Part shown: in pieces, positions 1-11,719 of the stretch
Layout: each line of letters starts with the position of its first letter
Position numbering within the stretch: position 1 is the stretch's first letter
Assembly (NCBI GenBank): GCA_963813715.1
Contig: CAWFAK010000008.1
Span: forward strand, 352,001-416,000
From: an uncultured Planctomycetaceae bacterium
Lineage (GTDB): Bacteria > Planctomycetota > Planctomycetia > Planctomycetales > Planctomycetaceae
Length of the DNA stretch: 64,000 nt
Reading direction: 5' to 3'
Program-made: the position numbers and the translations under genes
The notes under the pieces: generated by a model
Told to the model about the DNA's origin: nothing
The model's input: only the letters and a program-made list of their open reading frames with translations
The model's database searches: none

Positions 1-1855
1 CGGCGTAAAAACTCGTGAGGTAAGGCAGCCGCTCGGCTTCGCCATTCGAGATGTCGTCGAGCGTCTGCTCCATCTTGGCGGTGAAGCCGAGATCGACGAG
101 CCGCGGGAAGTATTTTTCAAGCAGCTTCGTGACGGCCAGCGCCGTAAAAGTAGGCACGAGCTGGTTGCCCGATTTGCGGACGTATCCGCGGTCTTGAATT
201 GTGCTGATGATACTGGCGTACGTGCTCGGCCGGCCGATCCCTTCGGCTTCGAGCGTGCGGACCAGGCTCGCGTCCGTGTAGCGGGCGGGGGGCTTCGTCT
301 CGTGCGAAACCGCCTCGAGCTGGCGACAGGAGAGCGACGAATCGGTCGAGAGCGGCGGCAGGGCCGACTCCTGGTCGTCCATGGCGGCGTCGGGATCATC
401 CACGCCTTCGACGTAGGCGCGGAAATAACCGGGAAACTCGATGTGCCGGCCCGTCGCGCGGAACTCGGCTTCGCCCGATTTGATCGTCACCGTCTGGAAC
501 ATGAGCTGTGCGTCGACCATCTGCGAGGCGACCGTCCGCTTCCAGATCATCGCGTAAAGCTCGGCCTCGCGGCCGAGGAGCGACAATTCCTCGGCCGTGT
601 GCATCTCGGTGCCCGCCGGCCGAATAGCCTCGTGCGCTTCCTGGGCATTGCGGCTCTTGGTGGTGTAGGTGCGTTCGTTGGCTTCGAGGTAATTGGTGCC
701 GTAGCGTTCGCTGACACATTTTCGCACGGCCGTGATCGCCTCGCGCGAAAGCTGCACGCTGTCCGTACGCATGTAAGTGATGTAGCCGTCTTCGTACAGC
801 CGCTGGGCGACCGACATCGTGTCGCGGGCACTGTAGCCCAGCTTGCGGTTGGCTTCCTGCTGCAAGGTGCTGGTGGTGAAGGGAGGCGAAGGACGCCGGA
901 CCTGCGGCCGCTGCTCGACGTCGGTCACGGCCCAGGGGCCGGCCGCCGCACGATCGCGGAGACTCGTGGCCTCCGGCTCAGAAAGCAGTACGACCTCCGA
1001 CCCGGCCTTGAGCTTGCCCGTCGACTCGTCGAAGTCCTTGCCGGTGGCAATGCGACGGCCGTTTACCGCGGTCAGCGTGGCCTCAAACTCCCGCTCTTCG
1101 GCGGCGGCCTGCGACGACTCCGGGTGAGGCACGGCCAATCGTGCCTTGAGGTCCCAGTACGTACCGCTGCGGAAAGCCATCCGTTCCAGCTCGCGCTGGA
1201 CCAGCAGCCGCACGGCCACCGATTGCACGCGTCCGGCGGAGAGGCCGCGGGCGATCTTCTTCCACAACAGCGGGCTGAGCGTGTAGCCGTAGAGCCGGTC
1301 GAGCACGCGGCGCGTTTCCTGGGCTTCGACCAGCTTCTCGTCGATCTCCCGCGTGTGCAGAATGGCGTTTTGGATGGCCTCGTTGGTGATTTCGGAAAAG
1401 ACCATCCGTTTGACGGGCACGCGTGGCTTCAAGAGCTGGCTCAAATGCCAGCCGATGCTCTCCCCCTCGCGGTCTTCGTCGGTCGCCAGAATCAGTTCCG
1501 AAGCATTCTTCATGGCCTGCTTCAGCTGGCTGACGGTTTTCCGCTTCGACTGCGGAATGACGTAGACGGGCTCGAATTCGTGCTCGACATTCACGCCGAG
1601 CGTCGCCCAGGATTTTTTCTGCTGCTTGATTTCTTCGGGGACTTCCGCGGCCTTGGCGGGCAGGTCGCGGACGTGGCCCATGCTGGCCATGACCGAGTAG
1701 TTCTTGCCCAAGAACCCGCCGATCTTGCGGGCTTTGGCCGGCGATTCGACGATCACCAGGCTGGGACGGCCGCTTCGCGCGGTCGCAGGGGCGCCGCCGT
1801 CGCCGTCTTTTCCTCGGCCGCGTGCTGTCGCCGCCTTGGTTTTTTTTCTCGCCAC
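1..1855 (-). CDS. topA: DNA topoisomerase I (type IA), runs off the left edge
   Basis: Manual translation from GTG at 1855: MARKKTK...[18 protein letters not shown]...SMGHVRDLP (Toprim), [14 protein letters not shown] (catalytic Tyr), [15 protein letters not shown]. Same frame at position 2; absent from the ORF track because it has no stop in the window. Confidence 0.96.
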   Translation of the reverse strand, partial: MARKKTKAATARGRGKDGDGGAPATARSGRPSLVIVESPAKARKIGGFLGKNYSVMASMGHVRDLPAKAAEVPEEIKQQKKSWATLGVNVEHEFEPVYVIPQSKRKTVSQLKQAMKNASELILATDEDREGESIGWHLSQLLKPRVPVKRMVFSEITNEAIQNAILHTREIDEKLVEAQETRRVLDRLYGYTLSPLLWKKIARGLSAGRVQSVAVRLLVQRELERMAFRSGTYWDLKARLAVPHPESSQAAAEEREFEATLTAVNGRRIATGKDFDESTGKLKAGSEVVLLSEPEATSLRDRAAAGPWAVTDVEQRPQVRRPSPPFTTSTLQQEANRKLGYSARDTMSVAQRLYEDGYITYMRTDSVQLSREAITAVRKCVSERYGTNYLEANERTYTTKSRNAQEAHEAIRPAGTEMHTAEELSLLGREAELYAMIWKRTVASQMVDAQLMFQTVTIKSGEAEFRATGRHIEFPGYFRAYVEGVDDPDAAMDDQESALPPLSTDSSLSCRQLEAVSHETKPPARYTDASLVRTLEAEGIGRPSTYASIISTIQDRGYVRKSGNQLVPTFTALAVTKLLEKYFPRLVDLGFTAKMEQTLDDISNGEAERLPYLTSFYA

Positions 1856-2501
1856 TCAAACAATCCTTAGTACGCTCGCGTTATCCGCTCCAAGTGCGAG
1901 GACCCGCTCTAAGTGCAAGAGGCCATTAGGTCTGTTGGACTTGTACCCACCCAATCGAGAGCTACAATGCGCGGCGATTCGAGCCCCCGGACCGCGTGTC
2001 GCGTTTCGGATTGCTCGGGCCTTTCGCCTTGCACCGGATACGCCGGGATCCGATGCTAAGCTCGTGGCTTACGACGCGGACGCTCGACGGCGCCGCGAAC
2101 TTTTGTTGATGATCGCGGCGGCCGAGACTGGGCCATGATTAAGTTAAGTCTCTCAAGTCTGTCAAGTGTCTGCTGTTCGGTGCGGACATGAAGCGGGCGC
2201 GACGGCGCCTCGGTCACTGGGTAAGTCGCACTACAAATGATTGCCCAGTCGAGCCCAGCGATTCCAACAAGTCGAGCCCGGTATCGTAAGTTTTCTTAGT
2301 GTAGGTGTGTGTTTGATTTGTCTTTTTCGGCCGGTCACGACAGACGACGGTCCGCTACGAAATTCGAACAAATTCCGGCGAGCCGCTGCGCGGTGAACGG
2401 CCGGCCGCACATACGTTTTGAACCACTCCGAATCTTGAACGAAGTCGCATCTTGAACGAATAATTGCGACGGCCAATCGCCGTCGCAGCTCGAGGAAAGT
2501 C

Positions 2502-5159
2502 ATGCAGTCCCCCTTCGCGATCTTCCGCAAGCACCAAAAAGTGGCCATGGTCATCCTCACCGGATTGTCCATGTTCGCCTTCGTCGTCATGGACCAGCTG
2601 CGGGCCGAAAGTCCGATGACGATGCCGATTCTGGCGGCCGCCATCGGCATGATGGTCTTCGGCTTTTACGGGTATCGCCGCGGCGAGCCGGTCACTTGGG
2701 GTGTGGCGGGAACGGCGCTGGGCATCGCGATTGCCGTCGTGGCCATGCGTTTCACGCCAGGGCCCAAGCCCCCCGTGCAGACGGCCATGGGCGACATCTC
2801 GCACGACAATCTCAACAACCTGATTACCAGGCGAAACAACGCCAATAACTTTTTGCAGAGGGCGTTCGAGAAGATTTCGCCTCCCCGCAGTCAAAATCCG
2901 ATGTATCTGCAGTATTACGAGCAGCAGCTGCGGAGCATCTTGTTCGATTTCGGCCTCAGCCAAGGGAACGATCCCACGAACGATGTGATCATGGGCTTCC
3001 TGCTCGACAAGGAAGCCGACGACATGGGCCTGTCGGTCTCCGACGGCGCCATTTCGGACTACATCAACAAGGTCACCGATAACAAGCTTTCGCCCACTGA
3101 ATATGGGGACATCCTCAAATCGCTGCGGCTGACCGACCAGCAGGTCTACGATGCCATCCGCGGCGAGCTGCGGGCTCGCCTGGCGATGGAGATGTTGCTG
3201 CCCCACGCCTCGCCGACGCCCGAGCAGTATTGGGACGACTATCGCAAGCTGCAGGTCACCGAAACGCTGGATGTGGCCGCCGTGCCCGTCGCCGACTTCC
3301 TCGCCGAGGCCCCGAAGCCGAGCGACGAAGAGATCCGCAAGTACTACGACGCCTGGAAGGGAATTGCGCCCGAGGCTCAAGGAGCGCCCGGCCTGATGCA
3401 GCCGAGGCGTGCGCGGATCGAATACCTCGAGGCCGACTTTGCCGAGTTGGAAAAGCAGGTCGCCGCCAAGCCGGTCAGCGATGCCGAAGTCAAAAAGTAC
3501 TATGAGGACCACAAGCAGGAATACCGCAATCGGCCGCCGGCCGGTTCTTCCAGCGTCAATCCGCTGATGGAGACGCCCAATGTGCTGACCGATCCCGGAC
3601 TGACGGCGCCGGCCGCGCCCGTGTTGCCCGCACCGCGTGTCGCCGCAAATGCCGCCGCCGGCCAAGCAGCCCACCGCTCCGACTCTCCCCGCGCCGAATG
3701 CACCGACGACCGCGCCTCCCGCCACTCCGGCGGCACCCAGCGGTTCCAAGTCGACGCCGGCACCGCAAAAGAGCGGCGATAAAAACTCGAAGTCGGGTGC
3801 GATGAACGATCGTCCCGCGCGAACCGGCAGCCATGACGGCGAAATGCTGGCTCTCGCCGACGGACCGTTCGACCGTCCGATCCAGGTCGCCTACCAGACG
3901 GCCTCTCCGGCGAAACCAGCCCCCAAGAGCGAAGCCGGCAAGAACGACGCCAAACCGGCAGCCCCGACGACCAAGACCGGACGGGCGCTCCTGCCGCCTC
4001 CCAGCCGCGCGAGCCGAAGCCACCAGCAATGCCGCGGACCGGTGGAGCGGCCAAAGCGGAAACCGAACCGGAATTTCGTCCGCTCGATGACCTGCTGCAG
4101 CGCGAGATCCGCGACCAGATCCTCCGCAATCGGACGGTCGAAGTCATGAAGGCTCGCGTCCAGGCCGGCTACGACTTTATGAAGAAGCTGGGCGAGCAAT
4201 TGATCCCGGCGGAAATTGGCGGCACGCCGGCGATGAACGCCGAAGAGCGGACCAAGGCGCTCAAAGATTACGCGGCCAAGCAGGGTCTCAAGTACGGGAT
4301 CACGCCGCTGCTCTCTCCCATGGAGCTCAACGAAGCGGTCGACAAGTACCCGATCGCCGCGGCCTCGGAGCCCCTCGATAATCCGTTCCAGAATCGCGAA
4401 CCGATCGGCGTGCTGCAGGAAGTCTTTGGCACGACGCCGGAAACTCTGTTCCAGCCGGCCCAGGCGGACGATCACGACGCGCATCGTTTCGCGTTCTGGA
4501 AGGTGGAAGACGTTCCCGATCACGTGCCGTCGCTCGACGAGCCAGGCGTGCGCGAACAGGTCGTCCGCGGCTGGCAGATCGCCACGTTCGCCGAAAAGGC
4601 CGCCGACACGCGTGCCAAAGAGCTGGCGGACGTTGCCCGCAAGAACAGCAAGCCGATGACGGAGGCCCTCGCCGGGCAGACGGTGACGAACAAGCCCAAG
4701 GGGCCGTCGCTCGTCGTCCTGCCGACGGCGCCCTTCTCCTGGTACACGACTAGCTCCACCGCACCGCAGGGCCTGATGCAAGATACGATGCCCAAGCTGT
4801 CCGACATCGCGGGGGTCAAAGGAGCCGACGACGCGTTCATGAAGACCGTCTTCGACGAGATGAAAGTCGGCGACGTCAAGGCCGTCCCGAATATGGGCGG
4901 CTCGATCTTCTACGTCGTCCGCGTCAAGAACCGGCACCCGGAGAACGCGGAAGAAATGGCCGCGTTTCGCGCCCGCTTCATGAAGGAGAACTTCTTCGGC
5001 AGTTTCCTCGGCCACTCGACGTACGAGTATTTGAACGCTCCGGCCGAGCAACGACTGGTGAGCGAATGGGCCGATCGGCTGTTCGCCAAGTACCAGGTGA
5101 AGCGGAACGCGGACGAAGAGCCCGTGCGCCAACCGCGCTCGCGGCGCCGGATGGGCTAA
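2502..5159 (+). CDS. Membrane-anchored PpiD/SurA-like periplasmic chaperone-type protein (about 2 apparent frameshifts)
   Basis: Joined from ORFs 2502..3782, 3637..4149 and 4029..5159. N-terminal TM segments, SurA-N-like helical region (LLDKEADDMGLSVSDGAI), PSDEEIRKYY/VSDAEVKKYY repeats, Pro/Ala linker where the frame breaks (~3640, ~4020). Confidence 0.55.
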
Positions 5160-5188
5160 GGCACTGCGAATCTCGCGTCGTTGGCGGA

Positions 5189-6164
5189 TCAGCGCGGACG
5201 CAGAGTTCGCAGGAAGAACTGATCCACGGCGTCGGTCACGTAGGGTACGCACTGGATCGAGTGCGGGCAGTGGTCGACATGCGCGAGCCGCAGGTAGGTC
5301 AGATCGTGCCGGCCCGCCGCGGACAGCGCGGCCACATAGCGATCGGCCGTCTCGACGCCGACCTGGGCGTCGATCTCACCGTAAATTAAAAGGAGAGGCG
5401 GTCCCTGCGCGGCCACATGGTGCCCGGGAGAGGCTTGCTCGTACCGGGCCGCGCGGTCGCCCTCGGGCGGACCGCCCATAAAGCGACCGATCACTTCGCG
5501 CAACGTGCCACGACGGTAGTCCGCCACTAAATCGATCGGTCCGCTGTCGCTCACGGCCGCTTGCACGCGGCTCGACCGCTCGAGCGGTTGATTCCGATCT
5601 GCGGGATCTTCGCAAGCGGCCAACATCAGCGCGAGATGTCCGCCGGCCGAGTTGCCCCACGCGCCGAACTCCCGGCGCATCGAGCCCGTATTCGGCCGCG
5701 TGTTGTCGCAGCCAGCGGACGGCGTCCCGGCAGTCGTCGAGCGCGGCCGGATAGGGGGCCTCTTTCGACAGGCGGTAGTTGATCGTCGCCGCGGCGAAGC
5801 CCAGCCGGGCAAAGTCGACGATGTTGGCCGGGACATGGTGCTCATCGGAGGCGAAGCTCGATTTGTCTCCCGTGATCCAGCCGCCGCCGTGAATGACGAC
5901 GATCGTCGGAAACGGACCTTCGTGCGACTGGTCGGGGATCGCCAAATCCAACTGGCAGGCTTTGCAGCCACTCTTATAGGACAGATTCAAAGAGATGCGG
6001 ATGTAGGCCCGGTTTTTGCCCGTCACGACGGTCATCCGGGCGGCCGGCGGCGCGAATTTTGGTTTGGGAGCGGGTCCGTCGCCTGCAGTGGCGCTTGCCC
6101 CGCTCAGCATGATGAGCAACGAAAGGGCAGCCGCTCGCGTCGCGCGCCGACGGGTCGTCATCAC
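5189..6164 (-). CDS. Secreted alpha/beta hydrolase (HSL-like esterase), 1 apparent frameshift ~5670
   Basis: Signal-peptide-like N-terminus and IHGGGW in ORF 5376..6164; nucleophile GNSAGGHLA and C-terminal Asp/His region in ORF 5189..5971. Confidence 0.85.
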
Positions 6165-6183
6165 GTTCGGACCTTGTTCAATG

Positions 6184-8166
6184 TTAATCGATTCGATTCG
6201 CCGATCGATTCGATTTGGCGGGAGTCAGCTGATCCTCGACCAGTCCATGGACGTGCCGCAAATAGGCGTTCGAGATGTCCGAGCGCTGCACCAGACCGAG
6301 CACTTTGCGGTCGGTCGTGCCGTCGATGACGGGCAGGGCGGTGAGGTCGTTTTCGACAAACAGCTCGAGGGCCCGATCGACCCGGTCTTCCAGGTGCAGC
6401 GCGTCGACGTCGGTCCGCATCAAGTCGGCCGCCAGGATCATCGAGCGGGAGTGGGGCGACTGCGCGGCCAGATGCGCCTCCTCCAGGCTCAACACGCCCA
6501 ACAGGCGTCCCTCGGCGTCGGTCACCGGCAGCGCGTTGCACGACGTGCTCGTCATAACTCCAAGCACGTGCTCCAGCCGGTCCTCGGGGCGGACCACTGG
6601 CACCTTGTGCGGAGAGACAAACTGGCTGACTTGCAGGCCCGTCAGCACTTCGCGGACGTAGTCCCCCTGGTGAGCCGGCGAACGCGAGCGGCTTTCCACC
6701 TGCGAGCTATAGATCGATTGTTCGTCGGAGAGCAAGAATGCGATGGCGCAAACCCAGAGCGTTGGCAGCAGCAAATCGTAGTTGCCGGTCATTTCGCTCA
6801 CGATCACCATCGTCGAGAAGGGCGTCTTGGCGGCCGCGGCGAAGAACCCTGCCATTCCCACGATCACGAACGAGCCCGGATGCGGCGCGAGCCACGGGCG
6901 AATCCAGTGGAGTAAGATCCCGAGCGCACCTCCTCCGCAGCCGCCGATGACCATCGACGGGCCGAAGACGCCCCCGGAACCGCCGCTGCCGATCGTCAAG
7001 CCCGTCGTGAGGATTTTGCCCAATGCAATCAGCGCCAGCACCAGTGCGAGCCCCAGGCTCGCCTGGTGTTCGGCCGGAAGGGTCATCGCCTCCTGTAAGC
7101 TGCCGTAACCAAATGAAAGCACGGCCAGCACTCTTTGATCGCGGCCGACCAGGTAATACAGCGCGAGCCCCAGTAGGCCGCTCGCAAACGCGCCGACGGC
7201 TGGCTTGAAGTGACGTGGGATTTTCCAGCTGTGAAAGAGGTGCGTCAGCCCGTAAAAGGTCCGCGTGTAAAGCATGGCCAAAACGACCATCAACAGCGCC
7301 AGGATCAAATACGAAAGCAACCGCAACGGCGAATTGAAGGTCAGCATGTGCCTGACGTCGTCGGGAATCGAAAACAGCGGCACCCAGCCGAACTTGCATC
7401 CCGAACGTGCAATACGCGGCCACGCTCGCCAGCCCGGCCGGGATGATGACCTCCGACTCGAAGTCGGGCGAGCGATAGAGGACCTCGGCGGCGAAGAGCG
7501 CGCCGGCCAACGGCGCGCGGAAGATGGCGGCCACACCGGCGCCCATGCCGGCGGCCATCAGCGTGCGACGCTCGACCGGACGCAGACGCAGGATTGTTCC
7601 CAGATACGACCCGAAGCCGGCGCCGATTTGGGCGATCGGTCCTTCGCGTCCGCCCGAGCCGCCGGTGCCCAAGGTGAGAGCGCTCGCGACAATCTTGACG
7701 AGCGGCACCCGCGGGCGAATCAGACCCTGGTGGTAGTGATAGGCCGCGATGGCCGCATCGGTCCCGTGTCCTTCCGCTTCCGGAGCGATCGAGAAGACCA
7801 AGCAGTACCGCTCAACAGGCCGCCCAACGTCGGCATGAGCAAGAGCATCCACGGCCGAAACGGAGTGGTCGACTCGGGAAACAGCGACGGCTCGCCGCCG
7901 GGCGGAGTCGGCCGATAGCCGGCCCAGTCTTCGAGTGCGTAGTGAAACACGTACTGGCAGGCGAGATAAAAGACGATCGCCCCGAGCCCGGCGATGATTC
8001 CCACCAGCACCGAGAGCAACATCACTCGGCCCTGCGGCCGAAACCGCTTGCGAGCGAGGCTCCAGAATTCGGGCAACCACTTGAGCGGGTGCGAAGGGAC
8101 GGGAATGTGTGACGAACGGGCGCTGGCCGTGGTCGGCGGAATGCCGGACGCGTCATGTCCGTCCAT
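6184..8166 (-). CDS. ClC-family chloride channel/antiporter with C-terminal CBS pair (2 apparent frameshifts)
   Basis: GGSGGREGP, EGHGTD, GSGGVFGPS, FRAPLAGALFAAE motifs and CBS domains spread over ORFs 7720..8166, 6707..8080 and 6184..7536. Confidence 0.9.
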
Positions 8167-8286
8167 CGACAGATTGCCTCACCGGGAGGGAGCACAGGTT
8201 CACGGCGCGGACGTCGCGCAGTTCGCGAACACCGAGCGGGACCGGTCGTCGCGTGGGCCGACGTTGCCGCAGGCCAAAGACGGTTT

Positions 8287-8709
8287 TTATCTCGCGACGG
8301 CGTAGATGACCAGGACCGCGGCGGTCCAAAATATCGCGAAGACCAAGGCGGCCAGGCCAATCATGGACAGCACCATCGCCCAGCCCTTCGTCCAGTAATA
8401 AAACGGGTCGAGTCCGGGCGGCCGTGGAAAGACGTACCCCAACCCGGAAAAGAAGACGAGCGCCCCCAGTCCGATGGGGAAGAAGGCCTGGTGCCACTCG
8501 GGGATTTTGAGCCTGTCGAACGCGTAAGCCAGGCCGAGAAACCAGGGGACCAAGTAGAGCGAACCGAAGTGAACCGCCCGGATGTCGCGAAAATGCGGCT
8601 TGAGCGACGGGGCCACCTTGAGATCGAGCAAAGTCCACAGAATGCCGGTCGCGACCATCGAGACCATGTGCAGAGCGGCAAGCACGAAATAGAGTTCCCG
8701 CATCGTCAT
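8287..8709 (-). CDS. Hypothetical 4-TM membrane protein
   Basis: Four hydrophobic segments, GC-rich third codon positions; ATG at 8709 (MTMRELYF...) preferred over 8772. Confidence 0.7.
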   Translation of the reverse strand: MTMRELYFVLAALHMVSMVATGILWTLLDLKVAPSLKPHFRDIRAVHFGSLYLVPWFLGLAYAFDRLKIPEWHQAFFPIGLGALVFFSGLGYVFPRPPGLDPFYYWTKGWAMVLSMIGLAALVFAIFWTAAVLVIYAVAR

Positions 8710-9051
8710 CGCTGAACGTCCTGCGGGTTCTGTAACCCGCGAATCCAAGAAAATGAGTGAAAACTCCGTCATCGGCGGGCGTCATCCGGAGCCGGCCGAA
8801 AAAGTTCGCTTCAGCCTACTCGTGCGTTCCCGTCGCGCCCACACTGACGATAAACTTGCCTGGGTATTTTGAGGCCGACGGCTGCCCCCGTGATTTGGCG
8901 CTCCGGATTTGCCGATCCGGAATTGGCGGCAGTTGACTTCCGTCGTACGATATCGTGAGGTCGTGCCGCGGCCGTAGCGATAGAAATCCACGATCAAGCC
9001 CCACCCAAACAGCCTCTCCGGTCGCGCCCTGGCGGAGCGAGGAAGAAAACA

Positions 9052-11079
9052 ATGCGTGCTGGCGTCGTCTCCGCTTTCGGGTTCATCGGCCTGTTACTAA
9101 CTTCCGGCTCGCTGTCGGCGTCCCCTCCGTCAAAATCTCCGGCGGCGCAGAATCCGCAAACTCGGCCGACGATCGCCAATTTCACGCTGGCCGATATTTA
9201 TGCCGAAAAATGGTCGCTCGAGGCCCAGAAGGATAAAGACGTTGTGGTTGTGGCCTTCGTGGGCACCGAGTGCCCGCTGGCTAAGCTATACGGTCCCCGC
9301 TTGGCCCAGTTGGCGTCGGGCTACGCGGGCAAGAGCGTGGCCTTTGTCGCCATCGATTCCAACGTGCAAGACTCGCTGGCCGAGTTGACGGCTTACGCCC
9401 GCGCGGCGCACCTCGAGTTTCCCGTGCTGCGGGACGTGAAGAACGAAGTGGCCCGCCAGTTTGGCGCGACGCGCAACCCACAGGTTTTTGTCCTCGATCG
9501 AAATCGGGCCGTCCGTTATCACGGCCGCATCGACGATCAGTACGGCGTCGGTTTTGCACGGAAGGAAGCCAAGCGGCAGGACCTCAAGCGGGCGATCGAC
9601 GAGTTGCTGTCCGGTCACGATGTCACGGTGACCGAAACGACGGTCGTCGGCTGCTTGATCGGCCGCGCGCACGAGCCGCAGGCCCATGCCTCCGTCACCT
9701 ACTCGAACCAAATGGCCCGCCTGTTCAACAAGCGGTGCGTCGAGTGCCATCACGCCGGCGATATCGCTCCCTTCTCGCTGACGAGTTACGACGACGCCTC
9801 GGGCTGGGCCGAGATGATTGCCGAGGTGGTTGACCAGGGGCGGATGCCTCCCTGGCACGCCGATCCAAAGTACGGCAAATTTGCCGACGATCGCCGGTTG
9901 ACCGACGAAGAGCGGCGCGAGATTCACGAATGGGTCGACGCCGGGGCTCCCCAGGGTGATCCGAAAGAGACGCCACCGACACCGACTTTCCCCTCGACGG
10001 GCTGGCACCACGACCGAGCGCCCGATCTGGTCCTGGCCATGAGCCCAGAACCGTATCACGTAAAGGCCGACGGCGTATTGCGCTATCAGCATTTCCGCGT
10101 CGAAACGGGTTTCACTGCGGACAAATGGATCGAGATGGCCGAGGTGATGCCGGGCAACCGGGCCGTCGTGCACCATGTGCTCGTGCACTGCCGCTCGAAT
10201 CGCGGCGGGTTTGGCGACGGGGTCGCGGGTCAGGGATTTTTGGCGGCCTACGTTCCCGGGCTGCGGCCGATTCCGTATGCGAAGGGCATGGCCAAGTGTA
10301 TGCCGGCCGGCTCGTCCCTCACGTTCCAGATCCACTACACGCCCAACGGGACGGCTCAGGACGACGTCACGCGGATCGGGCTATGGTTCGCCGATCCGAA
10401 AAGCGTCACCCGCGAAGTGAAAACGGTCGCCGCGACCAATCTGATGTTTTCTATTCCACCCGGGGCCGACAATTACCGGGTCGACGCGACGTCGAACCGC
10501 TTGCCCGAGGGATCGCAGGTGCTGACCTTCATGCCGCACATGCACCTCCGCGGCAAATCGTTCTTCTACGAGGCCGTCTTCCCTAACGGCAAGCGGGAGA
10601 CGCTGCTTGATGTGCCGAAGTACGACTTCAACTGGCAGACGGCCTACCGCGAGGTGAAGCCTCTGTCATTCCCTGCCGGCACGCGCATCCACGCCATCGC
10701 CCACTTCGACAACTCGGAGGAAAACCTCAACAACCCGAACCCGAAAAAGCCCGTCTTTTGGGGCGACCAGACTTATGAAGAGATGATGATTGGCTACTTC
10801 GATCTGTCGGTTCCCAAAGGAACGCAGATGGAGAACGGACGCGGCTCTCGCCGGCGCGAAGGTCGCGGGCTGGGGGCGGGCGGAGGTCTGAACCGGGAGG
10901 GACTCGCCGGAATGCTCAAGGGGCTCGACGCCAACCACGACGGGAAAATCTCCCGCGACGAAGTCCCGCCGCGATTTCAGGACATGTTCGACCGCATCAG
11001 CGGCGGCAAGGACAGCATTTCGGTCGAAGACGCGGAGAAGCTCTTGACGCGTTTGCGCCGCGGCGCGGATCGCTCCTGA
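9052..11079 (+). CDS. Secreted redoxin (AhpC/TSA) + c-type heme + copper type II monooxygenase-like + EF-hand protein
   Basis: Signal peptide; FVGTECP redoxin domain; CVECH heme motif; HHVLV, QIHY, PHMH, EEMM Cu-ligand-like motifs; DANHDGKISRDE EF-hand. Confidence 0.85.
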   Translation: MRAGVVSAFGFIGLLLTSGSLSASPPSKSPAAQNPQTRPTIANFTLADIYAEKWSLEAQKDKDVVVVAFVGTECPLAKLYGPRLAQLASGYAGKSVAFVAIDSNVQDSLAELTAYARAAHLEFPVLRDVKNEVARQFGATRNPQVFVLDRNRAVRYHGRIDDQYGVGFARKEAKRQDLKRAIDELLSGHDVTVTETTVVGCLIGRAHEPQAHASVTYSNQMARLFNKRCVECHHAGDIAPFSLTSYDDASGWAEMIAEVVDQGRMPPWHADPKYGKFADDRRLTDEERREIHEWVDAGAPQGDPKETPPTPTFPSTGWHHDRAPDLVLAMSPEPYHVKADGVLRYQHFRVETGFTADKWIEMAEVMPGNRAVVHHVLVHCRSNRGGFGDGVAGQGFLAAYVPGLRPIPYAKGMAKCMPAGSSLTFQIHYTPNGTAQDDVTRIGLWFADPKSVTREVKTVAATNLMFSIPPGADNYRVDATSNRLPEGSQVLTFMPHMHLRGKSFFYEAVFPNGKRETLLDVPKYDFNWQTAYREVKPLSFPAGTRIHAIAHFDNSEENLNNPNPKKPVFWGDQTYEEMMIGYFDLSVPKGTQMENGRGSRRREGRGLGAGGGLNREGLAGMLKGLDANHDGKISRDEVPPRFQDMFDRISGGKDSISVEDAEKLLTRLRRGADRS

Positions 11080-11120
11080 AGCGGAGTCTGAGGTCGGCGA
11101 AAGTGCGCAACGCGGCCCGC

Positions 11121-11149
11121 TTGTCGAGCGGCGAACCGCTGGCTAGAAT
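11121..11149 (+). promoter_or_regulatory. Putative sigma70 promoter of the nuo operon
   Basis: TTGTCG (11121-26), 17-bp spacer, TAGAAT (11144-49), about 180 bp upstream of nuoA. Confidence 0.55.
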
Positions 11150-11329
11150 CGCGGCGGCAGCCGGCTCGCTGGTTGACGCGAAGGCGTTCTCGCGGCCGGT
11201 CTTGTTGTAACGCCGCTTGCGTTTGACGGCGTGCGCCGCAGTTTGCGTGTGCTGAGCGTCGGACTGGCCGGGGCTCCGTTTGCCGGTTCTGCTGGAAGAA
11301 CGTGCTGAACTAGAAGAACCAAGAAATCC

Positions 11330-11719
11330 GTGGGCGACCATCTCCACTCCTTCGAACCGATTCTGCTGTTTGCGGCCGTGTTGGTCGCGTTTTGCATCGT
11401 CAACCTGATCCTAGCCCACACGATCGGTCCGAAGCGGAAGACGGCCGTGAAGGACATGCCCTACGAATCGGGCATGGATCCGATCGCCGACGCCCGGCAG
11501 CCGTTTGACGTCAAATTCTCGCTGATTGCGATCCTGTTCCTGCTCTTCGACGTCGAATTGTTGTTCCTCTTTCCCTGGGCAGTGAGCGCGTACGAAGCCA
11601 ACGGCGGCGTGCCTGTCGAAATGCGGCGCGACGTCTTTTGGGTGATGGTGGCCTTCGTGCTGACGCTGCTGATCCCTTACGTCTATGCCTGGCGGAAAGG
11701 GGTCTTTCAGTGGCGATAA
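11330..11719 (+). CDS. nuoA: NADH-quinone oxidoreductase subunit A
   Basis: [32 protein letters not shown]; first gene of the operon. Confidence 0.96.
   Translation: MGDHLHSFEPILLFAAVLVAFCIVNLILAHTIGPKRKTAVKDMPYESGMDPIADARQPFDVKFSLIAILFLLFDVELLFLFPWAVSAYEANGGVPVEMRRDVFWVMVAFVLTLLIPYVYAWRKGVFQWR

Noticed and set aside
194..1870. 558-aa plus-strand ORF and many similar long ORFs (e.g. 20943..22574, 17415..18920, 55313..56953)
   Set aside because: Antisense or off-frame shadows of real genes (topA, nuoL, nuoH, ftsI), expected in high-GC DNA.
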